Source of the DNA: a virus
IMG/VR virus record: IMGVR_UViG_3300043395_002359
Location: 1-64,000 of that record
Reading direction: 5' to 3' (one strand)
Length of the DNA: 64,000 bases
This document shows, piece by piece, positions 17,506 to 26,959 of the stretch. The notes beneath the pieces are model-generated. The model saw only the letters and a list, made by a program, of their open reading frames with translations, was not told the origin of the DNA and made no database searches. Position numbers and translations under genes: made by a program. Within the stretch, counting starts at the first letter, position 1. Each line of letters opens with the position of its first letter.

Positions 17506-19628
17506 TGACTCTTGATATAAGGGCTACAGCAACCTGTAGTTTGGGTCCTTTGATTTCTGCAAATTTCTCGGATGATTATCTGCAGTTAAATGGTCTTGTT
17601 AAAACGCAAGGTAGCTGCGTCTTAAAGGGACTGTATACGCCCAGTCTTGGGCAATATGTAACATTTACGTATACCAGAAACGGAATAACCAAGACTATAC
17701 CAAAAAAGCTAAGAGTATTAAGCTTCTTCTGTGATCCCTACGAAAAAACAACTAGTATCACGCTGGGCTGCACGCTAACATATTTAAGTGATCTGAAGGA
17801 GGCTATCAACTGGAGCCAGTATGACGATCCGAATAATGCGGATGAAGAGCCCAGCGAGATCGTACTTTTCCCAATTTCTGCTAGCTCTATTGCCAATGAG
17901 TGCCTGTCTAAGCTTCAATTAACAGCTAACAGAATGCCGCTTACTAATAAATTTTCGATAGAAAGCTTTGATTACAGTTCTGGGTACGTCCAAATTCTTA
18001 GCGATCTCCTAGTCTCCGAGGGTTATTTTGGCTACTTGAATGAGAACGATGTTCTTATAATTACGTCTCTCAATGTTCCGGTAAATTCTGCCCCAGTACT
18101 TACTGCCGATCAGATAATTACTATTGGTGAGATTAACTCTGGTGCATTGCCAGGTGAGTCTGTAGTAGTTAGCTATAGTTCACTCAAGTTAAATAAGCCG
18201 GAAAAAGATAGCGGAACTGATGAGGCGGAAGAGGATGATCTCGTAAACTGGGATAAAAGTATAAATGTAGGAAAGTCACAAGACTATGTATTAAATGCAA
18301 AAGATAGAGACGGTAACGAGTATGAAATCACCTGGACCTATGCTCCGTGGTCAGAGGAGACGACTTACTACGACGACTGGGATAGAGCATACAAGAAAGT
18401 TAAAGATAGCTATAACCTTAATGCTGACTTTGCAAACGGTTTCTTCTCTGATTTGATTGCTTCGTGTTTTGGTAATAATAAAATTCAAAATATCAGAGCG
18501 CAGGGATCTGGTACTTACTTCACTAGGGAAACCACAACTACAACTTACGCAATGGCTGTTCAGTATGGCAACAATGGAAAACCAATAAAGGAAAAACCAG
18601 AAGGTTACGATGATGTTCTTCTTGAGGTAACTAGCACACGAGAGCCAGCCGGAAAGGTCCATGCCGGATGTCAGTATAATTTCACTGCATACTCTGGAGG
18701 TTATTTTATAACAGATTTTAACGAATTTAGGGGCTCAGATATAACAACTAGGTACAAAGAGGTTAAGTACGAAAAAGCGCAGATTGACAATACACTTTAT
18801 AACGGCAAGAAATTTGACGGGACAAATTCTCAATTATTTAAAAGAACGTATCCGTCCAACAGGACGACCACTACAGAATACGCGTGCTATGGTTACACAA
18901 GTCGTGGCCAGACATATATATCAAAACAGACGGAAAATGGTAAGAGATTCTATGCATTAAAACTTCAAGCACAAAGACTTGTTTACGATGGGACTGGCAC
19001 CGATATTACCACTGGTAGGCAGATAGGGCTGAAGGAAAGACCCTCTAGTGACTCAAGAAAACTGGATAAGGCTACGTCGGAAGACGTAGATCCGAACAAT
19101 GGTTACTCCACATCTTCCGAAGCTGGAATGACTTTAGTGTTCGGAAATGCTAATGCCACCAGAAGAGTTGAATTCTCTATGCCATATGCTCCAGATGACA
19201 CATTCTATAGAACATATTCAGAAACGGATCCGGAGACTGGAGCAACACTTTGGAACTTCGGCTCTTCACCAAGTGATGCCCCTGCTAAGGCCAGAAATTT
19301 TGGCAGGATTCAAAGCAGATTACTATTCGGAAGCAGGAATGGAATGAATGTTCAAACAACACCAGAGAATCTCCCCAATTTACCGTTTAGACATTTTGCC
19401 ATCCAGGCCGGTGGGCTGACTGGACTGTACGCTACGAACGCTATCTCTTGGACTATAGATTCGTCTGGAATTATAATCTCCACTGATGCTATGTTTTGGC
19501 AACCTGTCGGGGGAAGCGGTAATACTTGGTTCCCAACACCACCTGGTACTGTATCACTTCCGCCTGCCCCTGTTTCTTATACCTTAAATCCTACGGTACT
19601 CGGTTCCATCACAAACGTGTATCAATAA
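17505..19628 (+). CDS. Putative tail tip/hub protein
   Basis: 707 aa, coupled; position after the Dit-like gene. Confidence 0.55.
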   Translation: MTLDIRATATCSLGPLISANFSDDYLQLNGLVKTQGSCVLKGLYTPSLGQYVTFTYTRNGITKTIPKKLRVLSFFCDPYEKTTSITLGCTLTYLSDLKEAINWSQYDDPNNADEEPSEIVLFPISASSIANECLSKLQLTANRMPLTNKFSIESFDYSSGYVQILSDLLVSEGYFGYLNENDVLIITSLNVPVNSAPVLTADQIITIGEINSGALPGESVVVSYSSLKLNKPEKDSGTDEAEEDDLVNWDKSINVGKSQDYVLNAKDRDGNEYEITWTYAPWSEETTYYDDWDRAYKKVKDSYNLNADFANGFFSDLIASCFGNNKIQNIRAQGSGTYFTRETTTTTYAMAVQYGNNGKPIKEKPEGYDDVLLEVTSTREPAGKVHAGCQYNFTAYSGGYFITDFNEFRGSDITTRYKEVKYEKAQIDNTLYNGKKFDGTNSQLFKRTYPSNRTTTTEYACYGYTSRGQTYISKQTENGKRFYALKLQAQRLVYDGTGTDITTGRQIGLKERPSSDSRKLDKATSEDVDPNNGYSTSSEAGMTLVFGNANATRRVEFSMPYAPDDTFYRTYSETDPETGATLWNFGSSPSDAPAKARNFGRIQSRLLFGSRNGMNVQTTPENLPNLPFRHFAIQAGGLTGLYATNAISWTIDSSGIIISTDAMFWQPVGGSGNTWFPTPPGTVSLPPAPVSYTLNPTVLGSITNVYQ

Positions 19629-19629
19629 A

Positions 19630-22600
19630 GTGTCAAATCCCCAAGTAAACCTTTCCAATGCTTATCCGGACGCGCAATCTGGTGACGCAGTACTTGACGA
19701 GGCTACAGGAAATTACTGGGTATATGATGGTTCATCATGGAATGATGTTGGGCCGGTTCTTGGCACTACGATAAACTTTGAAAGTGGACGTACATTATGG
19801 GATGAAATACAGCTCTTTAGCTCGGTTGTTCGTACGGGTCTCGGTAGGGCTACCAGATCGTTTCCTTATAGCTTAGAGCCAAATATAGTTGTTACGCCTT
19901 TAAGCGTCTACACTTCGGTCAATGTTTACGAAGCTGGATCAGCTTCTCCGGGTGTAAGCACCTTTGCTGTAACTGCATATGTGCCGGAAATACTGCAAGG
20001 TATTGCCGTCTTTGCAGTAAACGGCTATTTAGCAATTGCTGGCGCGTCTCCCACTATTGATGCAAGCCTGGGGGCAGCAGTCGATCCGGGTGTCGCGACT
20101 GTACAGTTGATTGGCGCCGCCGACGTAGACATACAAACAACAGCTAAACAGATATTCCCATCAGTCGCAGCCATAGGCGTCTTTCGGAATACACCTACCA
20201 TAGTAGCTGTTCTAGATGCGTTCTTTAGTAACACTACCCTGATTATTAAATCTATTCAGGATTCTAGCGCGACCGGACCAACCAGTAGATTTTTTCCGGA
20301 TGTGAGCCCTGCCGCCAGAACGGTTCGCGTCACAGAATATACTGATAAATACTACGGTTTGCTTGATTCGGTCCAAGCTACCCTGTCTGGCAATTCTCCA
20401 TATGCCTCTAGCCTTGGTTCATGGACTGATGGATTTAAGGGGGTATTCTATAGTACTGCAGCCGCTAAATTCGGCTCAAAAAGTATTTTGTTTTCTAGTA
20501 AGACTTCGTGGCTCCAGGCATCTTACGATGCGACCCTGGCCTTTGGCACAGGCGCGTTTACTATGGAAGCATGGGTGAGATTCAATGAGCTAACCTTGAC
20601 ACAACAATGGTTGTTCGATAATCTTGCCATCAATAATGCTAACGTCGAATTACACAATTCAACTCTTGGCAGTGGCACCCCTTCTGCTACCGTTACATGG
20701 GCTCATGGTGGGGCGATAACAACAAACGCATGGCTGCATGTAGCTGTATCGAGAGATTCTTCTGGCAATATAAGACTATTTGTAAATGGAGCGCAGGTAG
20801 ACACAACCAAGACAATAGCTAGTACTAATTTTACGGTTCCTGTATATAAAATTGGCGCAAAGTACTATAGTAGTGATACGGCTCATGCTAACACATTGAG
20901 GGCATTTGTCCAGGAAGTAAGAATAACTAAAGCTGCAAGGTATACTAGCAATTTTTCGGTACCAACAGAGTCTTTCGTTTCGTATGGCTACACGCTGCCA
21001 ACGGATGAATCACAAACAATACCAAAATCCAGTATTGTTTTGCAAGTCCATGGCATGCCAGATGCCATCACTGGCAATCCCAAGGATTACAGCACGAACA
21101 ACTCAACAATAACACCGGTCACGGTTATCCCGTCAGAAGCGATAACTGGTGATACGAACTGGTACCTTACAACGTTTTTACTACAACCGGATGGACCAAA
21201 TGGAAGTACATTGGCTACGAATAAAACAGGCAAAAGTGGTATTACCAATAACGTCCCTACATACGTTTATCAGTCAACTAGTGTAAGGAAATACGCGGAC
21301 GCCTCATGGTATTTCAGTGGTGGCACGGCAAGTACTCAGCACTTTTTAAATGCCGGCGACCCGGAAGGGATGAGGTTTACAACTACAGACATAGGGACGA
21401 TAGAAATGTGGTTCTATCTTACCAGAACAAGTGGATATAATATTCTAATATATAAAGGCACTTACGGATACAACGAAAACTATTACGTTGCCGTATGCAA
21501 TAATGCAACGCAAATACAACTAGGATACGCAGATGGTGGCTCAAATTACATAACAATTGACTACACAACAACCATAAATACATGGCATCACTTAGCTATA
21601 ACGACAGCCCCAACAAGTTATTACAACTTTGCTTCTAAAGGCATTAGAGTCTACATGGACGGCGCCTATATCGGCGGGAATCCTAGTGTTACATTTACCA
21701 ATAGCAGTAGTGGCTATGTAACGATCGGTGGAGCAGTGTGGAACAATGAAGCTCTTGATTTAGGCTTTCAGGGATATATAGCTGAGCTTAGAGTTACCAA
21801 AGGAATAGCTAGATACAAAGGTAGTACGTATACTGTACCTACTCAAAAATTTGGAAGTGCAGAGCCGTCTCCCGCCTTTGATCCGTATTTCAATAATGTA
21901 AAACTATTGATGAAGATGAATGGTACGAATAATAGTACCAATTTCATTGATAGTAGCCCACTTGGACTCTCAATTGGGGTATTCCAGAACTATATAAGCA
22001 CTGCCATGTCTAGGTATGGCGGTTCTTCAGCTAGATGTATCGGCAGTAATGGTTATATATATACCAATAATAATACGCTTGACCACAATCTTCCTGGCGA
22101 CTTTACGATTGAATGCTGGGTATATGTTATCAGCTATTTCCAATTCCCGTCTGTTGGCAGCTTTGGATTGGTTAGTAGATGGGGATACAACAGTATAAGT
22201 TATCAGAACGAAGCATGGTCAGTTGGCATAAACGACCAACAAGGCATTAGATTCAGGTATGGTAATGACGGCACTAGTGTGGGTCAGATTGATGTAGCCG
22301 CTAACAGTATTGGCGTAAATAATTGGTATCACATCGCAGTTAGCCGTGCCTCTGGTGTTGTAAGGATATTCCTTGACGGAGTGCAACAAGGGACAAGTCA
22401 AACTATTACCAGTAACTTGTCAACGGTGGGCGACAATGGCTACATTCAGACATCGATTGGTATAGATTGGGCTCAAGTATATAGCGGTGGTTTCGCTGCG
22501 ACAAACACCCTAAATGGATACATTGACGATGTTCGCGTTACCAAAGGTGTTTGTAGATATGACGCCAATTTCACTCCGTCAGAAACCCCATTCTACAGCC

Positions 22601-25600
22601 CTGGTTCTTCTACCGTAGCAACTGTCGAGTCGACTACAGTTACTGCCGCAGATCCGTTTGGTTATTACAGAAGACTGTTGAGCATAAAAAATAAGGGTTA
22701 CTTTACGATATCTGGTAACTCGAATCTTGTTTTTAATAAACTTCCCTTCTGCGTTGAATTCTGGGTTTACCCCACAGCCCATCCACAAGGAACTTCTACT
22801 TGGTTTAATGGTTTTTATATCCTTGATGGTACTAGATCTACTTCGCCAAGGCTTCTTGTTGACTGGGATGATGCAAGGAATGATACGTATACTGCCCTTT
22901 TTGGACCAGTCAAGGGAGAGTCGTTTGCCTTGGGATCTGCGTTCGCAGAATTTAGTAATATCCTAAAACTTTACCAATGGTACCATATTGCTTACACCAG
23001 AGATAGCTTGGGAGAAGCTAGGGTATTTGTCAATGGCAAGATGATTGGCTCTCCACAGTTCCTGCACGCCGTGGATTCCAATTACACTTGGACAAGCGAT
23101 GGTTATCAGAATTTTTCCTCAGGATTTAGCTCAATTGGTGTCGATCAAAGTGCTGCTACCCCACTTAGCAGGTGCTACAATGGCTATATTGCTGACATCA
23201 GGGTAACAAAGGGATATGCTAGGTACTTAAGTGATTTTACTTTGCCGACCGCTCCGCTGATTGATCCGTATCAAGCAAGCGGGATCAGTATTCCCTTGAG
23301 TGTTAAAGTCGACATAGCAGCGGTAGTGCCCTTTATCTATACCAGAAAAGGGCCCTATGTAGTTGGCGCGACCAGTGCGTTTGCTTTAAAGGGTAGCACG
23401 CTGACATTGTCACTGCCAAGTGGCACGACAACGAATGACACTACTTTTGTTTTCTTGAATTATGCAAATGGCAGTAATCCAGTCGTGGCTCCCACTCTGT
23501 ATGGGAATGACTCTACCACTGCTATAAATTCTAGCCTGTCCTGGTACCAAACCGAGATACTGACAAACAGCTCGACAAACAAGAGTCCTGTGTCCTATTC
23601 TTGGAGAAAAGCATTCACGTCGACCCCGACAGCGGCGGAAGCAGCCTTTAAATTACCCTTACCGGGCGAATACGTCAAAAACTTTCCAATTGGATACGTT
23701 AGATGTGATAATACTAACCCAACAACTTATCTTACTCGTCCCACTGCTCCAGACAGGACTGTAACACCATCTACTGTTGTGAACTTTGCGGAGCGCGGAA
23801 CTAATGGTTTAAATAATACGCCATCATTTAACGCTTCTACTTGTTTTGGTACATACAAGAGAACTGATATATTAAAAGATGGCCTAGATACAACATGGAT
23901 TACTACCGTCTATAACACATCTGGGACTATGTGGTTCCATGCAGGCAGCCAGATAGGCGCAGCGGATTGCTGTACATCAAGAGCTTGTGGAGACCTTTAT
24001 CCACAGCTTACTACTGTTTACGATTATAATACAACATATCCGAGATACATAAGATTTAGTTTTAAATATTTGAGAACAGATTGGAACGGCACTTTTGGGA
24101 CTACTGGAGGCGTAGTTAGCGGCAAAAGTGATAGCTTTATTTACGTAAATGCTCCAGGCCTTATGTGGAATGGTGTCGACAGCACGAAGGCTTTTAATGG
24201 CACAACACTTGGCAATGTTAAATCTATTTACGAAAACTATAATAACAGAAGGAGCTTGAATTATTTGGCAGGTCAGCCAACAAGCGCTACCTATTGGAAT
24301 TTAACAACACCGGCGACTGGCTATATAGATAGAAAGGTACAATGGGCTAACTGGTCCTCGATTTGGGAGACGGTCAGGTCGTGGCAATCGAACGAGGGAT
24401 TAGCTCTTACACGCAGCATTTGGGACTATATTCCCGCCTGGCAGATAGGCTTTGCCGGCGGTGGCGGCGGCCCTTCCGTCAGAACTGGTGTTGGCATATC
24501 CGAAGCCAAAATAGAGATATCGCCTCAATTGATTTACCATTCTAGATATGTTGGAATGGATAGCTATTCCACTACTACGGGACTTGTAAATCAAGCAGGG
24601 CAGCGACCAGCCGCTAGCCTTTGTTACTTTGACACTTTTAATACTGACATTACATATGACGGCCTTAGCACTACTTTTGTTACTCCGCAGGCCGGAAATA
24701 ATTATGGATTCTGGTGGTTGTCTGCTGGCCTGCCCGGATCGGCTGGACCGAGCTGGAACTGTTGCAACGGTTCAACGGGTTGGTGCAGGGGCGACCAGAT
24801 ACTTGACGATCCAGATGGTTATCGATATGAGTATGGTAACAATAGCACTTCCTGGGATGCAAATGACATTCTAAGGGTAACAACTAGGATAGTTAGAACA
24901 TCTTGGAATGGGACTGTTGGCAGTGCTCCCACCGTCCTCGTCGGTGGCCCAACAAGTACGATTACAATAAGAGGAATGGGTATTGCCCAACCATGGCAGG
25001 GATCAATGTCGGAGGCCAGCCTCGCTAGTCTTGCTATACCAGCATTTCCGACTGGCTCAAACGGCGAGGTTATTACATATACATACGATATTCCGATGAC
25101 AGCTTTTCCATTCTACAATGATATGGAAAAGCCGCTTCGTATTTGCTATGATATAGTTGGTGGCAATGATGGAACGACCAAAAGTTCCGTTGGTATCGTA
25201 GAGGCGTATGCGGAGTTGTTGCCACAGGGATTCAACGGCAGCTTTGCTACTGCAGCAGAGAGCGTTACGGCCCATGCTGTAACTGTTAGAAATGCTGGCA
25301 GTTTGTATAAAAGTTCTCTCTCTAGCAATCTAACCTATTCTGGCTTTACTGCAGCAAGATCGGCGGATCCGTTCTATAAATTCTTGCTTACTAATTACGA
25401 TGGGATGATGGCGAACTTTTACGCCTATGCACATACGCAGTACGCTGGCGCTACAGCAAGTGCTCGTAGTAATATCGAAATGCCGGTTCCATTTGCAATT
25501 AAAGAAAATACTCTTTGGATTAATCTTACAATTGCAGGAAAAGGCAAAGATAGTTGTGACATTAGTTCGTTCCCGACAACCGATGGAGTTTTGGCTCCTG

Positions 25601-26907
25601 TCGCTGGCGCCAGTGTCGGAGCGACTACGGTAGCCGATCCAACAAAGCATGTAACAAGTAGATTGGCCTATGGCACAATCAGGAATACGGGGCCAACGCA
25701 ATCAATTACGCAATCATTCACGACTGCAAACCAAGGCCTAAGTATTAGCTTTACGGTTGACGACAATACGTCGGTTCCCTATGCGGCCTATTGGGTTACG
25801 TATATGGAGTATCTTGGTCTCTTGCATTCAAAGCTGGTAGGCAACTCTGCGTTTAGGACCTCTGTCTCTACTTGTATTACTGAATTATACAACAATACTC
25901 TTTACGGAAGACAAGTATTTCTTCCTATTGGGTTCAAGGAGTTTGAACGTACAAGATACTTCTCTGTTCCGGCGAGCGGACAGCTCAATAGTGGTGGCAT
26001 TAGCACGGATACTTTCAAAGAGCTCAATCCGCTCATGTTTAAAAGATTCAAGACAGCCAATCCTTCTCTTGGAGACAGTCTAAGTGAGTTATACTATTAC
26101 GACAATACAGACTTTAGCATAGCCTATGGCCTAAGAGGTAATCCATCTGCTAGGGCTGAAATAAATCCGTTGTCTTACTCTGATTCCTACGAGAACTTCA
26201 TTCCGAGTACAAATAATACCGGAGCCGTATGGACAAACATGCTTATAACGAGAGCTCCTCTTAAGCCAGAATACAAGGGAGGCACAAAGAAAACGTGCAA
26301 TACTGAATATTTTGGATTCGGAGAAGGCATCTACAGCGGCGGAACGAGTCGGTTATTCAATAAGCATACAACTGGTGATTCTTCCAAGGGCCCTGGTCAG
26401 GTAGTCTGGTTCCTCAGCGTTCCGACAACCAGTTTTACTAGCTATCTGTATGGTGAAATCGGATGGAACGCAGACAGTGCCGGTGGTCGTACCGAGCCAT
26501 TCGATACGCCATACGATTATACAACTGCAACCGTAACCAATAATACGTGGTTTGGCATGGCTCAGACTCAGAATGTTAGCGGATGTAGTGGCAACTATAT
26601 TTACCGTTATATTCATTACAACTTAAAGAATGCTACCACGGAAAGCAATTACCAAAGCCCTATAACGAATGGGTGTCTAGATTCATGTTTTTATCTGCTA
26701 ACGTATCCATGCCTTGGTCATACATTACGTGCAACAGCTTATCTTAAGAATGGAAGAGACGAGCAGGTAAATCCGGCTTATTCTAGCGCAAGAATTGGCG
26801 CGATGACCACCTCATACACTCAATCAAATGGGAATTTTGCCCATCAATTCGCAAACGGTTTAATCAACACACATATAACTAATATTCAGAACATCCTGCT
26901 TTCCTGA
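19630..26907 (+). CDS. Giant tail fibre/tip protein with several LamG (concanavalin A-like) domains
   Basis: Four repeats of FT.E.WV...WxH.A..R...R.F.NG...GYI.E.RVTKG.ARY. Confidence 0.85.
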   Translation: MSNPQVNLSNAYPDAQSGDAVLDEATGNYWVYDGSSWNDVGPVLGTTINFESGRTLWDEIQLFSSVVRTGLGRATRSFPYSLEPNIVVTPLSVYTSVNVYEAGSASPGVSTFAVTAYVPEILQGIAVFAVNGYLAIAGASPTIDASLGAAVDPGVATVQLIGAADVDIQTTAKQIFPSVAAIGVFRNTPTIVAVLDAFFSNTTLIIKSIQDSSATGPTSRFFPDVSPAARTVRVTEYTDKYYGLLDSVQATLSGNSPYASSLGSWTDGFKGVFYSTAAAKFGSKSILFSSKTSWLQASYDATLAFGTGAFTMEAWVRFNELTLTQQWLFDNLAINNANVELHNSTLGSGTPSATVTWAHGGAITTNAWLHVAVSRDSSGNIRLFVNGAQVDTTKTIASTNFTVPVYKIGAKYYSSDTAHANTLRAFVQEVRITKAARYTSNFSVPTESFVSYGYTLPTDESQTIPKSSIVLQVHGMPDAITGNPKDYSTNNSTITPVTVIPSEAITGDTNWYLTTFLLQPDGPNGSTLATNKTGKSGITNNVPTYVYQSTSVRKYADASWYFSGGTASTQHFLNAGDPEGMRFTTTDIGTIEMWFYLTRTSGYNILIYKGTYGYNENYYVAVCNNATQIQLGYADGGSNYITIDYTTTINTWHHLAITTAPTSYYNFASKGIRVYMDGAYIGGNPSVTFTNSSSGYVTIGGAVWNNEALDLGFQGYIAELRVTKGIARYKGSTYTVPTQKFGSAEPSPAFDPYFNNVKLLMKMNGTNNSTNFIDSSPLGLSIGVFQNYISTAMSRYGGSSARCIGSNGYIYTNNNTLDHNLPGDFTIECWVYVISYFQFPSVGSFGLVSRWGYNSISYQNEAWSVGINDQQGIRFRYGNDGTSVGQIDVAANSIGVNNWYHIAVSRASGVVRIFLDGVQQGTSQTITSNLSTVGDNGYIQTSIGIDWAQVYSGGFAATNTLNGYIDDVRVTKGVCRYDANFTPSETPFYSPGSSTVATVESTTVTAADPFGYYRRLLSIKNKGYFTISGNSNLVFNKLPFCVEFWVYPTAHPQGTSTWFNGFYILDGTRSTSPRLLVDWDDARNDTYTALFGPVKGESFALGSAFAEFSNILKLYQWYHIAYTRDSLGEARVFVNGKMIGSPQFLHAVDSNYTWTSDGYQNFSSGFSSIGVDQSAATPLSRCYNGYIADIRVTKGYARYLSDFTLPTAPLIDPYQASGISIPLSVKVDIAAVVPFIYTRKGPYVVGATSAFALKGSTLTLSLPSGTTTNDTTFVFLNYANGSNPVVAPTLYGNDSTTAINSSLSWYQTEILTNSSTNKSPVSYSWRKAFTSTPTAAEAAFKLPLPGEYVKNFPIGYVRCDNTNPTTYLTRPTAPDRTVTPSTVVNFAERGTNGLNNTPSFNASTCFGTYKRTDILKDGLDTTWITTVYNTSGTMWFHAGSQIGAADCCTSRACGDLYPQLTTVYDYNTTYPRYIRFSFKYLRTDWNGTFGTTGGVVSGKSDSFIYVNAPGLMWNGVDSTKAFNGTTLGNVKSIYENYNNRRSLNYLAGQPTSATYWNLTTPATGYIDRKVQWANWSSIWETVRSWQSNEGLALTRSIWDYIPAWQIGFAGGGGGPSVRTGVGISEAKIEISPQLIYHSRYVGMDSYSTTTGLVNQAGQRPAASLCYFDTFNTDITYDGLSTTFVTPQAGNNYGFWWLSAGLPGSAGPSWNCCNGSTGWCRGDQILDDPDGYRYEYGNNSTSWDANDILRVTTRIVRTSWNGTVGSAPTVLVGGPTSTITIRGMGIAQPWQGSMSEASLASLAIPAFPTGSNGEVITYTYDIPMTAFPFYNDMEKPLRICYDIVGGNDGTTKSSVGIVEAYAELLPQGFNGSFATAAESVTAHAVTVRNAGSLYKSSLSSNLTYSGFTAARSADPFYKFLLTNYDGMMANFYAYAHTQYAGATASARSNIEMPVPFAIKENTLWINLTIAGKGKDSCDISSFPTTDGVLAPVAGASVGATTVADPTKHVTSRLAYGTIRNTGPTQSITQSFTTANQGLSISFTVDDNTSVPYAAYWVTYMEYLGLLHSKLVGNSAFRTSVSTCITELYNNTLYGRQVFLPIGFKEFERTRYFSVPASGQLNSGGISTDTFKELNPLMFKRFKTANPSLGDSLSELYYYDNTDFSIAYGLRGNPSARAEINPLSYSDSYENFIPSTNNTGAVWTNMLITRAPLKPEYKGGTKKTCNTEYFGFGEGIYSGGTSRLFNKHTTGDSSKGPGQVVWFLSVPTTSFTSYLYGEIGWNADSAGGRTEPFDTPYDYTTATVTNNTWFGMAQTQNVSGCSGNYIYRYIHYNLKNATTESNYQSPITNGCLDSCFYLLTYPCLGHTLRATAYLKNGRDEQVNPAYSSARIGAMTTSYTQSNGNFAHQFANGLINTHITNIQNILLS

Positions 26908-26959
26908 CGGCAATAGGCAAACTAGGCCTGATTAGGAATCAGGTTAATACAAATTATAA